A stretch of DNA of 64,000 bases from a virus (Duplodnaviria; Caudoviricetes). Location: positions 1-64,000 of the IMG/VR virus record IMGVR_UViG_2859895461_000003. One strand, given 5' to 3'. The notes under the pieces were generated by a model. The model was given only the letters and a program-made list of their open reading frames with translations. It was not told the origin of the DNA and made no database searches. Position numbers and translations under genes: made by a program. Below are positions 29,703 through 40,400 of the stretch, one piece after another. The stretch's first letter is position 1. The number at the start of each line of letters is the position of its first letter.

Positions 29703-31414
29703 TGAATGAATACCAAAGAAGGGTTTTAGAAGGAAGAAAGGAATTTTTAAAATTAGTTCAAAGACAAGAAAAAGAGTTATTAGCAATATATGAAGAAGCT
29801 AGTAAACAAATATCTTATAAATTGGCTAAAGCTAAATCAGGAGGAATAACTGCTAGATATTTAAGTGAGTTAGATAACTCTATTACTAAATATGTACTAG
29901 AATTAAGAAATAATTTAAGTAAATCTATAAAAACAAGTATAGAATCAAGTTCAGAGATAGCAAGTTCAGTACAGGCAAGTTATTTTGATAGAATAATTCC
30001 TAAAGAAGATATAAAATCTACTTTTAATAAGATGTTTACTGAGTTACCTTCTAATATTACTAAACAGCTTATAAGCGGTAATTATTATTCAGATGGCAAA
30101 ACATTAGATCAAAGGCTTTGGAATATAACAGATAAAAATGCCAAAGATATTGATACCCTTATAAAAGTTAATGCAGCCAAAGGTGCTAATGCTAGAGAAT
30201 TAGCTAAAGAACTAGATAAATATATTAATCCATATAAAAGAGTTGAAGCTAAAACTTTAGAAGCTGAGATAAGTAAAAATATTTCATATCAAGCACAAAG
30301 ATTATCTAGAACAGCCTTAGCCCATGCTAATACCGAAACATATATTAAAGGTTCAAAAATGAATCCTTTTTGTAGAGGATTAAAGTGGAATTTAAGTCCA
30401 AGTCATTTTACTAGAATAAATGGTAAGACTGATATATGCGATACTTATGCTACTCAAGATATATATGACTTAGGAGCAGGTATTTACCCATCAGATAAGT
30501 TGCCTATTGGACATCCTAATTGTTTATGCTATCCTACTCAAGAAGTTGCTGATATAAACAAAGCTAGAGATGAACTTATAGATTGGATAAATGGAGGAAG
30601 TAATCCTAAATTAGATAAATGGTTAGAAAATTATGGTCAAGAGTTTGGAATTGTTAAAAATGATTATATAAAATCATATAATGTTAAATTAGAAAATAAG
30701 TTCTCTAATACAATTAAAAGTGTATCTAAGCAACTAAACATAAATGAATTTACGAATGAAATAAATCAATACTATAAAAATGGTAATAAAGAAGTATTAA
30801 TGCTACATGAAAAACAAATGAAGAAATTAAAATATTCAGAGGGTGATAGTTCTTATCATATTTTTGGTGGAATATCTTTGGTAAGACCAAATAAAACGAT
30901 AGCTAAAAGAAATGAGCTAGGGAATAGATATATCAGAACATTATTTCATGAAACCGGTCATGGTGAAGATTTTATTTTCTTTGCAGATTCAGTAGGAGAT
31001 TTTGATAAATACATGCAAAAAAGTTTACCAATGAGTTCTAGTTACTACTATATGAAGGATGCAACTAAAAAAGATAAAAAAGTGTTAACTAAATTACTAA
31101 ATAATGAAGAATGCAAGGATTTAAAAAGATATATCATGGAAAATAGAGAAATGAATGAAGCATTATCAGATATATGTGTTGCAGTTACAAATGGAAGCTT
31201 AACTGGAGCAGGAGGACATACTGCCAAGTACTATAAAAGCAAGGGTAAAGTACAAGAAGAAACATTTGCAAATCTAACTACAATATATACAAAGGGGGAT
31301 AAAGAAACTATAGAATTAATAGAAAAGTATTTTCCTAATGTGAATGAAGCATATTTTAACCTTATTCAAGATATGCTTAAAGAAAATTTTAGTAAACTTA
31401 AATCTAAATTATAA
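29702..31414 (+). CDS. MuF/gp7-like minor head protein with C-terminal HExxH metallopeptidase extension
   Basis: HPNCLC closes the MuF domain; FHETGH and EETFAN follow. Confidence 0.78.
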   Translation: MNEYQRRVLEGRKEFLKLVQRQEKELLAIYEEASKQISYKLAKAKSGGITARYLSELDNSITKYVLELRNNLSKSIKTSIESSSEIASSVQASYFDRIIPKEDIKSTFNKMFTELPSNITKQLISGNYYSDGKTLDQRLWNITDKNAKDIDTLIKVNAAKGANARELAKELDKYINPYKRVEAKTLEAEISKNISYQAQRLSRTALAHANTETYIKGSKMNPFCRGLKWNLSPSHFTRINGKTDICDTYATQDIYDLGAGIYPSDKLPIGHPNCLCYPTQEVADINKARDELIDWINGGSNPKLDKWLENYGQEFGIVKNDYIKSYNVKLENKFSNTIKSVSKQLNINEFTNEINQYYKNGNKEVLMLHEKQMKKLKYSEGDSSYHIFGGISLVRPNKTIAKRNELGNRYIRTLFHETGHGEDFIFFADSVGDFDKYMQKSLPMSSSYYYMKDATKKDKKVLTKLLNNEECKDLKRYIMENREMNEALSDICVAVTNGSLTGAGGHTAKYYKSKGKVQEETFANLTTIYTKGDKETIELIEKYFPNVNEAYFNLIQDMLKENFSKLKSKL

Positions 31415-31419
31415 AGGAA

Positions 31420-31728
31420 GTGAAATCAGTGAAAGTAATATGTGATAACTGTAAAAGAGAATTTGAAATGTCACAAGACAAACTTAAAGAGAAATACTTA
31501 GGAGCAATGTATACAGAAGTATATTATGAATGTCCTCATTGTAATAAAAAACACTTAGTATGTGTTATGAATGGTAAGTGCAGAAGATTAAAAAGACAAA
31601 TGGAATTAAGGATCTTGAAGAAATTTAAAGAAACTAATGACGCAAGTACTGTAGTAGCTGATACAGATATAGATAATATTCAGAAGAAATTTAAAAAAGA
31701 AATGGATAAGATAAACGGTAAGGCGTAA
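31420..31728 (+). CDS. Zn-ribbon hypothetical protein
   Basis: CDNC...CPHC. Confidence 0.6.
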   Translation: MKSVKVICDNCKREFEMSQDKLKEKYLGAMYTEVYYECPHCNKKHLVCVMNGKCRRLKRQMELRILKKFKETNDASTVVADTDIDNIQKKFKKEMDKINGKA

Positions 31729-31766
31729 GAATACGTCTTTTTATTTTGTGAAAAATTAAAGAGGGG

Positions 31767-32393
31767 ATGATAGAAATGCCAAGACTAAGTGAAATATTAG
31801 GAGAAAGTTTTAAACAAATCCCAGAGGATATTCAAAAAAAATACAAAGACATTGATTTCGTTGACAGTTCTAACTATATAGAGAAAAAAGAATTGGTTAC
31901 TGCAAATAACTCTATTAAGGAGTATAAAAAACAGCTAAAGGAAAGAGATACTCAATTAACTGATCTTCAAGGTAAGATTAAAGATAATGAAACTTTGACA
32001 AAAGAGATTGAGGACCTTAAGGAAAAAAATAAAGATACATCAAAAGAATATGAGGATAAGTTGAATAAGTTAAATTTTGATACTAAGTTTGAAAAAGCTA
32101 TAGCAGAATATAAAGCTAAGAATCCTAAAGCATTAAGAGCTCTTTTGGACATGGATAAAGTAAAACTTGTTGATGATACTTTCATAGGACTAGAGGAACA
32201 GGTAAAGTCTCTAAAAGAGAGTGATGCTTATTTATTTGAAATAGAAACTCCAGGAGGTACTGGAAATATAGGAGGGGATTCATCTTCTATAGTTGATACT
32301 GATGAAGGAAAGTTAAGTTTAGGTGCTCGCTTAGCTAAGGAAAAAACAGAAGCTACAAAAGTAACAGAAGCACAAAATAAATTTTTTTCATAG
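31767..32393 (+). CDS. Head scaffolding protein (GP20-like)
   Basis: AKNPKALRALLD...GLEEQVKSLKESDAYLF. Confidence 0.85.
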   Translation: MIEMPRLSEILGESFKQIPEDIQKKYKDIDFVDSSNYIEKKELVTANNSIKEYKKQLKERDTQLTDLQGKIKDNETLTKEIEDLKEKNKDTSKEYEDKLNKLNFDTKFEKAIAEYKAKNPKALRALLDMDKVKLVDDTFIGLEEQVKSLKESDAYLFEIETPGGTGNIGGDSSSIVDTDEGKLSLGARLAKEKTEATKVTEAQNKFFS

Positions 32394-32406
32394 GAGGTAA
32401 AAAGAT

Positions 32407-32763
32407 ATGAGTATTGAAAGAAGTCAGTCCTACATGGGCGAAAACAAAACAATATTACAATTCGCAGGAGAATTATTTCAAAATGCAATGGTAAAGGTTA
32501 AAAAAGCTGATGTGAAAGAAGCAGATGGTAAAAGAATACTTAAGGCAGGTACAGTAATAAGTAAAGATGGCAAAATAGTTGATGGATCTACAGTTACAAA
32601 TGATAAGGCCTTTGGGTTAGTTTATAGGGATGTAAATTTAACATATTCACATGGTACTGAGACTGTTCCAGTAACTATTTTTGGATTTATAAAAGAATCA
32701 ACATTACCTGAAATTGTTTCATCAGAAGCTAAAACAGCTATGAAGATGCTTATGTTTTTATAA
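32407..32763 (+). CDS. Head decoration protein
   Basis: ILKAGT motif; lies just before the capsid gene. Confidence 0.65.
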   Translation: MSIERSQSYMGENKTILQFAGELFQNAMVKVKKADVKEADGKRILKAGTVISKDGKIVDGSTVTNDKAFGLVYRDVNLTYSHGTETVPVTIFGFIKESTLPEIVSSEAKTAMKMLMFL

Positions 32764-32783
32764 TTAGAAGGAGGAATGAGTAA

Positions 32784-33818
32784 ATGGATTGGAGAGATAT
32801 TATAAACGTAAAAGAAATAGCAACTTATATTAAAGAGCTTGCACCAGAAGTAGTAATAGGTGAGGCTCTTTTCCCTAGAAAAAAACAATTAGGGATGGAA
32901 TTAAAATATATTAAAGGTGCAAAGAAAAAGCCAGTTGTATTAAAACAATCTGCTTTTGATGTAGCAGTAAAAATTAGAGCATTAAAAGCACAAGTAGATG
33001 AAGTTACTAAACAAATGCCATTTTTTAAAGAATCAGTGCTTGTTAATGAAAAAGATAGACAAGACTTATTACTAGCTACACAGGCTCAAAACAAAAATGT
33101 CATTGATATGATAATAACAAAAATATTTGATAACTATAAGGATCTAGTTGACGGTGGAGATATACAGATGGAAAGAATGAGAATGCAATTACTTTCTGAT
33201 GCAGGAGTAATTTCTATTGTTTCCGAGGATGGAGATGTTGTATTTGATTTTGGTGTTTCTGAAAAACATAAAGAAGTATTAGCTGGTACTGCTAAATGGT
33301 CAGATACTATTAATTCAAATCCTGTTTTAGACATGATTAGATGGACTAGATTAATGAAAAACGAAGGTTATATTGTAGATAGGGCAGTATTAGATGCAAC
33401 TACATTTGGATGGATTACAGCTAATAAAAATATAGTTAAATCAGGATGGCCACAAAATCCAAATTATTTAGCTTCAGATGATGAAATCAAGGAATATATT
33501 AAAAAGAAAACAGGTGTAACATTAGCAGTAGTAAGTGGTTCTTATAAATTAGAAGATGGATTAGAAGAGCCTTATTTTCCAAGTGGCAAATTTACATTAA
33601 TACCTACAGGAACATTAGGAGCAACCTATTATGGTACAACTCCAGAAGAAGCTGATAAGATGTTCTCACAAGGTTCTAATGTAGAAATAGTAAGAACAGG
33701 TGTAGCAATTATGACAATGAAAAAAGATGATCCTGTAACAGTTCAAACAAAGGTGTCTCAATTAGGTATGCCTTCATTTGAAAGAGCTGACGAATGTTTC
33801 TTTGCTACAGTTAACTAA
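32784..33818 (+). CDS. Major capsid protein (gpE-like)
   Basis: MPFFKE, RMRMQLL, YGTTPEE, DPVTVQT. Confidence 0.88.
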   Translation: MDWRDIINVKEIATYIKELAPEVVIGEALFPRKKQLGMELKYIKGAKKKPVVLKQSAFDVAVKIRALKAQVDEVTKQMPFFKESVLVNEKDRQDLLLATQAQNKNVIDMIITKIFDNYKDLVDGGDIQMERMRMQLLSDAGVISIVSEDGDVVFDFGVSEKHKEVLAGTAKWSDTINSNPVLDMIRWTRLMKNEGYIVDRAVLDATTFGWITANKNIVKSGWPQNPNYLASDDEIKEYIKKKTGVTLAVVSGSYKLEDGLEEPYFPSGKFTLIPTGTLGATYYGTTPEEADKMFSQGSNVEIVRTGVAIMTMKKDDPVTVQTKVSQLGMPSFERADECFFATVN

Positions 33819-33861
33819 GGGTGGCTATTTTAGCCACTCTTTTAGATTTTAAACAGAAAGG

Positions 33862-34071
33862 ATGATTAATATGGCAAATAAAAGAACAGTAAAAGCTAAA
33901 GCTTTAGTAAACTTAAAATATGATAAAGGTTGTTTTAAGATAGGTAATGAATTAAAAGTTAGAATAGAAGATGCATTAGATATGGTTGAAAAAGAACATA
34001 TTGAACTTTTAGAAGAATTACCAGAGGAAAATGAAGAAGAAATAGGAGAATCAGCTAAGGAAGGTGAATAA
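33862..34071 (+). CDS. Small virion protein
   Basis: Position after the capsid gene. Confidence 0.5.
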   Translation: MINMANKRTVKAKALVNLKYDKGCFKIGNELKVRIEDALDMVEKEHIELLEELPEENEEEIGESAKEGE

Positions 34072-34073
34072 GT

Positions 34074-34355
34074 ATGGATACATCTTTAAATATTTTAAAG
34101 TTTAATCTCCAAGAAAGGCAATTCCCTTACTTCTCAGATGAAGAACTTGAAATGTTATTAAAAAATAATAATAGTGATATTAAAAAGGCTAGCTACCAAG
34201 GCTGTATTATGAAAGCTCAGGCTGATGATGGAATTAATCTAGGGCCATTGAAGACAGAATCTAATAGGAGTTACTGGCTCACTCTAGCGAATAGCTTTAA
34301 AACTAAAGAAGCATACAACTATAATACATCACTGAAAAGAGTTGATGGTCAATGA
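34074..34355 (+). CDS. Head-tail adaptor
   Basis: Position; PYFSDEEL. Confidence 0.6.
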   Translation: MDTSLNILKFNLQERQFPYFSDEELEMLLKNNNSDIKKASYQGCIMKAQADDGINLGPLKTESNRSYWLTLANSFKTKEAYNYNTSLKRVDGQ

Positions 34356-34717
34356 ATGAAGAAAGGATAAAATTGAAAGCTAAGAGGAGTATAGCTAAAA
34401 ATCCAACACATATAATTCTTATGAGAAATGTAAAAATAAGCAATGGTATGAGAGGTGGCAGAGAAAAACCAGATAAAGTAGCTAAGCTAGACATATTTCT
34501 TGATGATACCAAACATAATTTGATTTTAGATAATGTAAAAGAAGCTGGAATTGCTAAAAGAACTAGAGGTATCTCAATGTTTGCAGTAACTGAAGGTATA
34601 GAAATAAAAGAGGGAGATCACTTTGAAGCTAACGGTTATAAATATAGAGTAACTTATCCAGGAATGATTATTAAGGATGTCTATAATAGCGATTTGGAAG
34701 TGATTAAGAATGGCTGA
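34352..34717 (+). CDS. Head closure protein
   Basis: Position and size. Confidence 0.55.
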   Translation: MNEERIKLKAKRSIAKNPTHIILMRNVKISNGMRGGREKPDKVAKLDIFLDDTKHNLILDNVKEAGIAKRTRGISMFAVTEGIEIKEGDHFEANGYKYRVTYPGMIIKDVYNSDLEVIKNG

Positions 34718-35084
34718 TGGTTGTAAACTAGAAATGCATGGATTAGACGAAGCTATGGAAAAGTTAAAGGAATTTACTCCAAAGCTTAAAGCAGCTCTTG
34801 TACTAGATGCTCAAAATATAGCAATGAATATGGAAAAATGGGCTAAAGAAAATGTAGTATGGACAGACAGAACAGCTCATGCAAGGTTATTTTTAACAGC
34901 CACTGTAAAATGGACAAATACCAATGTATTAATGGTTGCATTAAGCCATCAAGTAGATTATGGAGTCTATCTTGAATTATGCAATGAAGGTAAATATGCA
35001 ATACTTGAAAGAGCTATACAAGAGTTTGCTCCACAATTCATGGAAGGTTGGAAGAAAATAATCCAATCAGCAGGAGTGATTTAA
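34710..35084 (+). CDS. HK97 gp10-like neck protein
   Basis: WTDRT...YGVYLEL. Confidence 0.7.
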   Translation: MADGCKLEMHGLDEAMEKLKEFTPKLKAALVLDAQNIAMNMEKWAKENVVWTDRTAHARLFLTATVKWTNTNVLMVALSHQVDYGVYLELCNEGKYAILERAIQEFAPQFMEGWKKIIQSAGVI

Positions 35085-35422
35085 TGACAAGAAAAGAAAT
35101 GTTTGATTTAATAGATCCTTTATATCCTTGTTATGCAATAGGTGAACATGAGGGAGAATGTATAGAGCCTTATATAGTTCTAAAATTTGAAAATCAATTA
35201 GGAAGCATGAATAACAGTCAATGTGGTTGGCAGTTTGTTCATGTTTTTTTATACGCTCCTTTAGGAGATATAACTGTACTTGATGAAATGTTAAATAAGG
35301 CCCAGAAACCCTTAAATGAAAAATTAGAATTTACAGGTGATATTACACCAGAGCTTATAGAAAATGAAAAGAAAGCTTATTTTAGAAGATTAAAATATAA
35401 AATACCGAAGGAGGTAATTTAA
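35084..35422 (+). CDS. Tail terminator protein
   Basis: Position; AGGAGTG RBS before ATG 35084. Confidence 0.55.
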   Translation: MTRKEMFDLIDPLYPCYAIGEHEGECIEPYIVLKFENQLGSMNNSQCGWQFVHVFLYAPLGDITVLDEMLNKAQKPLNEKLEFTGDITPELIENEKKAYFRRLKYKIPKEVI

Positions 35423-36048
35423 TGAGTACAACAGGAGAAATTTTATATAATGTTAAGAAAGTTATTTTGACACCAATAAATGAATTTACGGGATTACCAT
35501 TGAATGGAGGTAATCCAATTAATATTCAATGTGATAGTGAAATAGAAACAGATCCTGAAATATCACAAGGACAGGAAAAACAACTAAGGGATGATCAAAA
35601 GATATTAGCTACAGCTAGCACTCCGGATTTGCTATATGGATATAAATTGAAAATGAAGAATACAACATTTGAATTAACAGTAGCAGCATTAATTGAAGGT
35701 GGAACAATTCGTTATGATAAAGATGACCCTACTAAAATTGTGGGATATGATACACCAATGCTTAGTGAAGGTTCTAAAATAAAACCATTTAAAGCCGATA
35801 TATTCGTGGCAAATTATGAAGGCGAAGATATTAAGAATTATGCTAAAGTAACGTTTAATAAATGTACTGGAAAAGCATTTAAAATGGGATTCAAAAAAGA
35901 TTTCTTTTCACCAGAGTTTGAAGTTAAATGTAGAGAAAATACTAAAGCTAAATTACCTATAAAGTCTATAGAATTTGTTGATTCATTACCACAAGACACA
36001 GAAGAGGGTAAAAAAGAATCCAATATTACAGATAATCAAGAACCTTAA
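35422..36048 (+). CDS. Major tail (tube) protein
   Basis: Position before the chaperones and tape measure. Confidence 0.7.
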   Translation: MSTTGEILYNVKKVILTPINEFTGLPLNGGNPINIQCDSEIETDPEISQGQEKQLRDDQKILATASTPDLLYGYKLKMKNTTFELTVAALIEGGTIRYDKDDPTKIVGYDTPMLSEGSKIKPFKADIFVANYEGEDIKNYAKVTFNKCTGKAFKMGFKKDFFSPEFEVKCRENTKAKLPIKSIEFVDSLPQDTEEGKKESNITDNQEP

Positions 36049-36103
36049 AATCGAGAGCTATAGTAGGCTCTCTTTTTAAATTAAAATTTTAGGAGGAATT
36101 AGT

Positions 36104-36689
36104 ATGGCAGTAACAAATATAGAGGAATTAAAGGCCAAAAAATATATAGAAGTAGAATTACCTGGATGGGATGTAGAAGATACATTTACAGTTAAATTAC
36201 AAAGAGTTAATTTATTAGATTTAGCAGCTAAAGGTAAGATACCTAATCCACTTATGGGGCCTGTAATAGATCTATTTCAAGGTAAAGGACCAGGAGGAAA
36301 AGATGAAGATAGTTTAAAAACTGTTAATGAACTTGCTGAACTATTTTGTGAAACAACAATGGTTGAGCCAACATTTAAAGAAGTTCAAGAAGCTATAGGA
36401 ATGACAGATGAGCAGAAAATAATAATATATAATTTTGTAGTACACGGGGTAAGAACTTTGGAACCATTTCGTAAAAAGCCAGAAAATGATAAGTTTAATG
36501 ACAATGGTAAAGATGTATAATAAAACACCAAGTGAGGTATTAAAGATTAAAGATGAGTATGTGGCATACTGCATTGATGAGGTTATGACAGAGTTTATAT
36601 ATAGAATAGAGAACGGAGAAAAACCACGATTTGAAATTAAAAACAAAGATAGAAAAGATAATCCAGGATTAAAGATGCTTTTAGGGTAA
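36104..36689 (+). CDS. Tail assembly chaperone pair (36104-36520; extended form by predicted +1 frameshift to 36689)
   Basis: Overlapping ORFs in +1 relation; CCA TTT CGT at 36464-36472. Confidence 0.7.
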
Positions 36690-36764
36690 TGATTAGGGTA
36701 ACCATTCCAAAGTTGTAATATATAATATATAATTAATATATATTTACATATTGGAGGGGACTGT

Positions 36765-37379
36765 ATGAAGAAAATATTTAATAAAATTTCATTGTTATTT
36801 GTACTTATTTTATCTTTTACATTAATAGCATTGGTAGGCTGTGCTCCGAAAGAAGATCCACAGGAAGTATTAAATACTTATTATCAAAGTATAAAAGACG
36901 GAAAATCAGAGGAAGCTTATGAAACACTATGCGAACAAAGTAAAAAAGATTTCACAGAGGAAGATTTCACAAAGTGGAGAAATACAGAAAAAGAAGTATG
37001 TGAGTTAAAAGAGACAAAAATTGAAAAAGTTAATGAATTTAAAGGTAGTTTAGAAAATATAGAATTTAAAAATATTGTAGAATTTAATGCAACTGAAAAA
37101 GTTAAAGATCTTTATGAAAATAAAGAAGTGGAGCAAAAACATAAAATGTATGTTGTAAATGATAATGGTAAGTGGAAAATATACTTAAATAAGAAACTAA
37201 TTAAACAATTAACTAGCAATGATTTAACTCAGTTAGCACGTATGTATATGTATGGCACAGGAAATAAAACAAAAGATTTAAACAAAGCTATTAGTCTTTT
37301 AGAGGAAGCTATAAAATTAAATCCAAACAATGAAGAGGCCAAGTCAGCATTGCCATATTTAAAAGCATCAGGTCATTAA
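36765..37379 (+). CDS. Lipoprotein moron with C-terminal SEL1/TPR repeat
   Basis: Lipobox LVGC; LARMYMYGTG...AIKLNPNNEEA; own TTCCAA-17-TATAAT promoter and terminator (37406-37433). Confidence 0.75.
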   Translation: MKKIFNKISLLFVLILSFTLIALVGCAPKEDPQEVLNTYYQSIKDGKSEEAYETLCEQSKKDFTEEDFTKWRNTEKEVCELKETKIEKVNEFKGSLENIEFKNIVEFNATEKVKDLYENKEVEQKHKMYVVNDNGKWKIYLNKKLIKQLTSNDLTQLARMYMYGTGNKTKDLNKAISLLEEAIKLNPNNEEAKSALPYLKASGH

Positions 37380-37460
37380 ATTAAAAAATAAAATTAATAA
37401 TTTCTAAAGAATCGCTTATGCGGTTCTTTTTTTATACCTCAAAATAGGAGGTGAGGAAAT

Positions 37461-40400
37461 ATAGGCATTGATCTAGGAAGTGTATATTCAAGTATAGATT
37501 TAAGACTAGATAAATTTGAAAGCTCTGTATCAAAAGCGATACAGGGCTTTTATAAACTACAAACAGGTGCAGAAAAAGCAAGTTCTATAATGGATAAGTC
37601 AGTTTATACTGCAGTATCTAATATAGAGAAAAGTTATAAGCTTTGGGAAAATGCTAATAAATCAAGTGGTAAAAGTTTAGAAGATAATAGTAAAAAAATT
37701 GAATCTTATAAATCTAGCATGAAACTATTAGATGATGAGATTAAGAAGTCTGAAAAGACTTTAGAAGACATAGGCAAAAAATGTGGTGAGAACTCCAAGG
37801 AATATGAAAATTTTAAATCTCATGTATTAGATTTAAAACTGAAGCACTCAGAATTGTCACAAGAATTAGAGAAAGCTAGTAAAACTACAGTTACTGTAGC
37901 TGATAAATTTAAAAATCTTGATGAAGGTTATCAAAAGACAAGTACTCAAATAAGCAATCTAGAAAAATCTTATAGATTGCTTGATTTAACTCAAGAAAAA
38001 AGTGGCAAAGGCATCTTTGATAATTCTGAAAAGATGAACAAACTAAAAAAAGAAATGTCTTTACTAGACAGTGAAATAAAGAAACATGAATCTCTTTTAA
38101 AAGAAGTAGAACAGGAGTATGGTAAAGATTCTAAAGAAGTTGAAGAATATAAAGGCAAAATACTAGATTTAAAGATAGCTCATGCAGAACTTGGCTCTGA
38201 ATTAAAAAAGACAGAAAAAGAAGCTACTACTTTTGCTGGTAGGTTGAAAATACTAGGTAATGAATTTGAAAAGATAGATAAAAAATATGAAACATTTGAT
38301 AAAGTAGGAGATACACTTCAAGGTATAGGTAATAAACTTACAACCCATGTTACTCTTCCTATTATAGGTGCCGGTACTGCAGCTACTAAATTTGCATTTG
38401 ATTTTGAAAGTGGTGCTGCCAAGGTAAGTACAATTGCAGATACTACAAAAGTTCCAATAGAAGATTTAAAAAGAGGAGTAATTGACCTTTCTAATAAAAC
38501 AGGAATGAGTACTAAAGAATTAAATGAATCTTTATATCAAGCTATTTCAGGTTCAGTAGATACAGCTAAGGCGGTTGATTTCTTAGATGTTGCAGTTAAA
38601 GCTGCAAAAGGTGGTTTCACAGAAACATCCACTGCAGTTGATGGGTTAACTACGGTCTTAAATAGTTACGGTCTAGAAGCGGATAAAGCTACGGACATTT
38701 CAAATCAAATGTTAATCACACAAAATCTTGGAAAAACAACTTTCGGAGAGTTAGCAAGTGCTGTAGGTAAAATTACACCAATAACAGCACAATTAGGCAT
38801 AACAACAAATGAATTATTCTCTAGTTTAGCTAGTACAACAGCACAAGGTCTTGCTACAAGCGAATCTGTTACTGCTTTAAAGGCTGCAATGTCTAATATA
38901 ATAAAGCCTAGTAAAGAAGCAGGGGAAGCGGCAGAACAATTAGGTATAGACTTTTCTGTTTCAGCTCTACAGAGTAAGGGCTGGATGGGATTTTTACAAG
39001 ACGTAAAGAAAGGATTATCTAATGCGAGTCCTGAATTTGATAAATTGAGTCAAAGCATGAGCAATAATGCTCATAAAATGTTAGAACTGGAAAATGCGGG
39101 AAAGAAAGGTACTAAAGAATATAAGGAATTAAGCAAAGCACAAAAAAATGCAAGCAAAGATTTGGAGAGAATGGCACAGGCAGCAGATTCTCCAATAGGT
39201 GCTATGGCTACTATGTTTGGTTCAGTAGAAGGATTAAATAGTATATTAATGCTAACCAGTGATAATGGTGTGGCAAAATATAATGCATCTATGCAAGAAA
39301 TGCAAACTAATACCCATGCACTTGATGATGCATATAAAAAGATGGCTGAAACTACAGAAGCTAAATTTGGAAAGGCTATGAATAAGGCTAAAAATTCTCT
39401 TATGGAATTAGGTATAAAGGCACTTCCAATTGTAGAAAAAGGGATAAATTTAATATCACAATTTGCGGACCGAATGAATAAATTAAGCCCTGTTACACAA
39501 GAGTTTATAATAAAAACAGCACTGGCAAGTGCGACATTAGGACCATTTATAAGTGGTTTAGGTGGTGCTTTTAAAGGCATAAATACTTTGATTAAAACAG
39601 GCAAAAAGGTAGGAGTATTTTTTGGAATATTTAAGGAAGCTTCGACTGTAGCTACTGCAGTTGAGGGTGTAGGAACAGCTGCAAAAGTTGCTGGAGGTTC
39701 AGGAGGACTTGGCTTATTTGCAGGGGGACTTGGAGCAGTTGGTAGTATAGCATTGCCAGTGGCAGTAGGTATTGCAACGGTTGGTGGAGCTATATATCTA
39801 GCACATAAAAATACACAATATTTAAATGATAGTTGTATAAAAAGTGCTGAAGATATGGGAGTTATGGAAACATCAATGGCTAGACTTAATGGACATACGG
39901 TTTATACTAATAAAGAATTAGAAAAAATGAATGTAAAACATAGAGAGTGGAGCAAAAAAGTAAGCCCAGAATCCCAAAAAGCCTTAGATAATATAGCTAA
40001 CAAAATAGCCAATTATAATATGGAACTTAATGGAGCTTCTAAACTTGATAAATTAGCAGATGATGAAACTGGGAGAAACCTTAATGCTAAACTGGATGAT
40101 ATATGTAACAGTGCTATTAATAAAATAAAATCTAAGCAACCTGAAATACAAAAAACTTTAGCGGACAGTTTTAGAGCTGATGGGCTAGATGCAAATGAGA
40201 AAAAAATATTAGATTCTCTTAATAAAAGTGGAAATGATCAAATAAAAAAGATTCAAGATACAAAGAAAAAAATATTAGATTTAGAAAAAAGAGCTAGTAA
40301 AGAAACTGGAGATGTTAGGCAAAATACACTAAAAGAGATTGAAAAATTAACCCAACAAATTGGAAATATAGAAATGAAAAATACCGTTAAATCTAAACAG

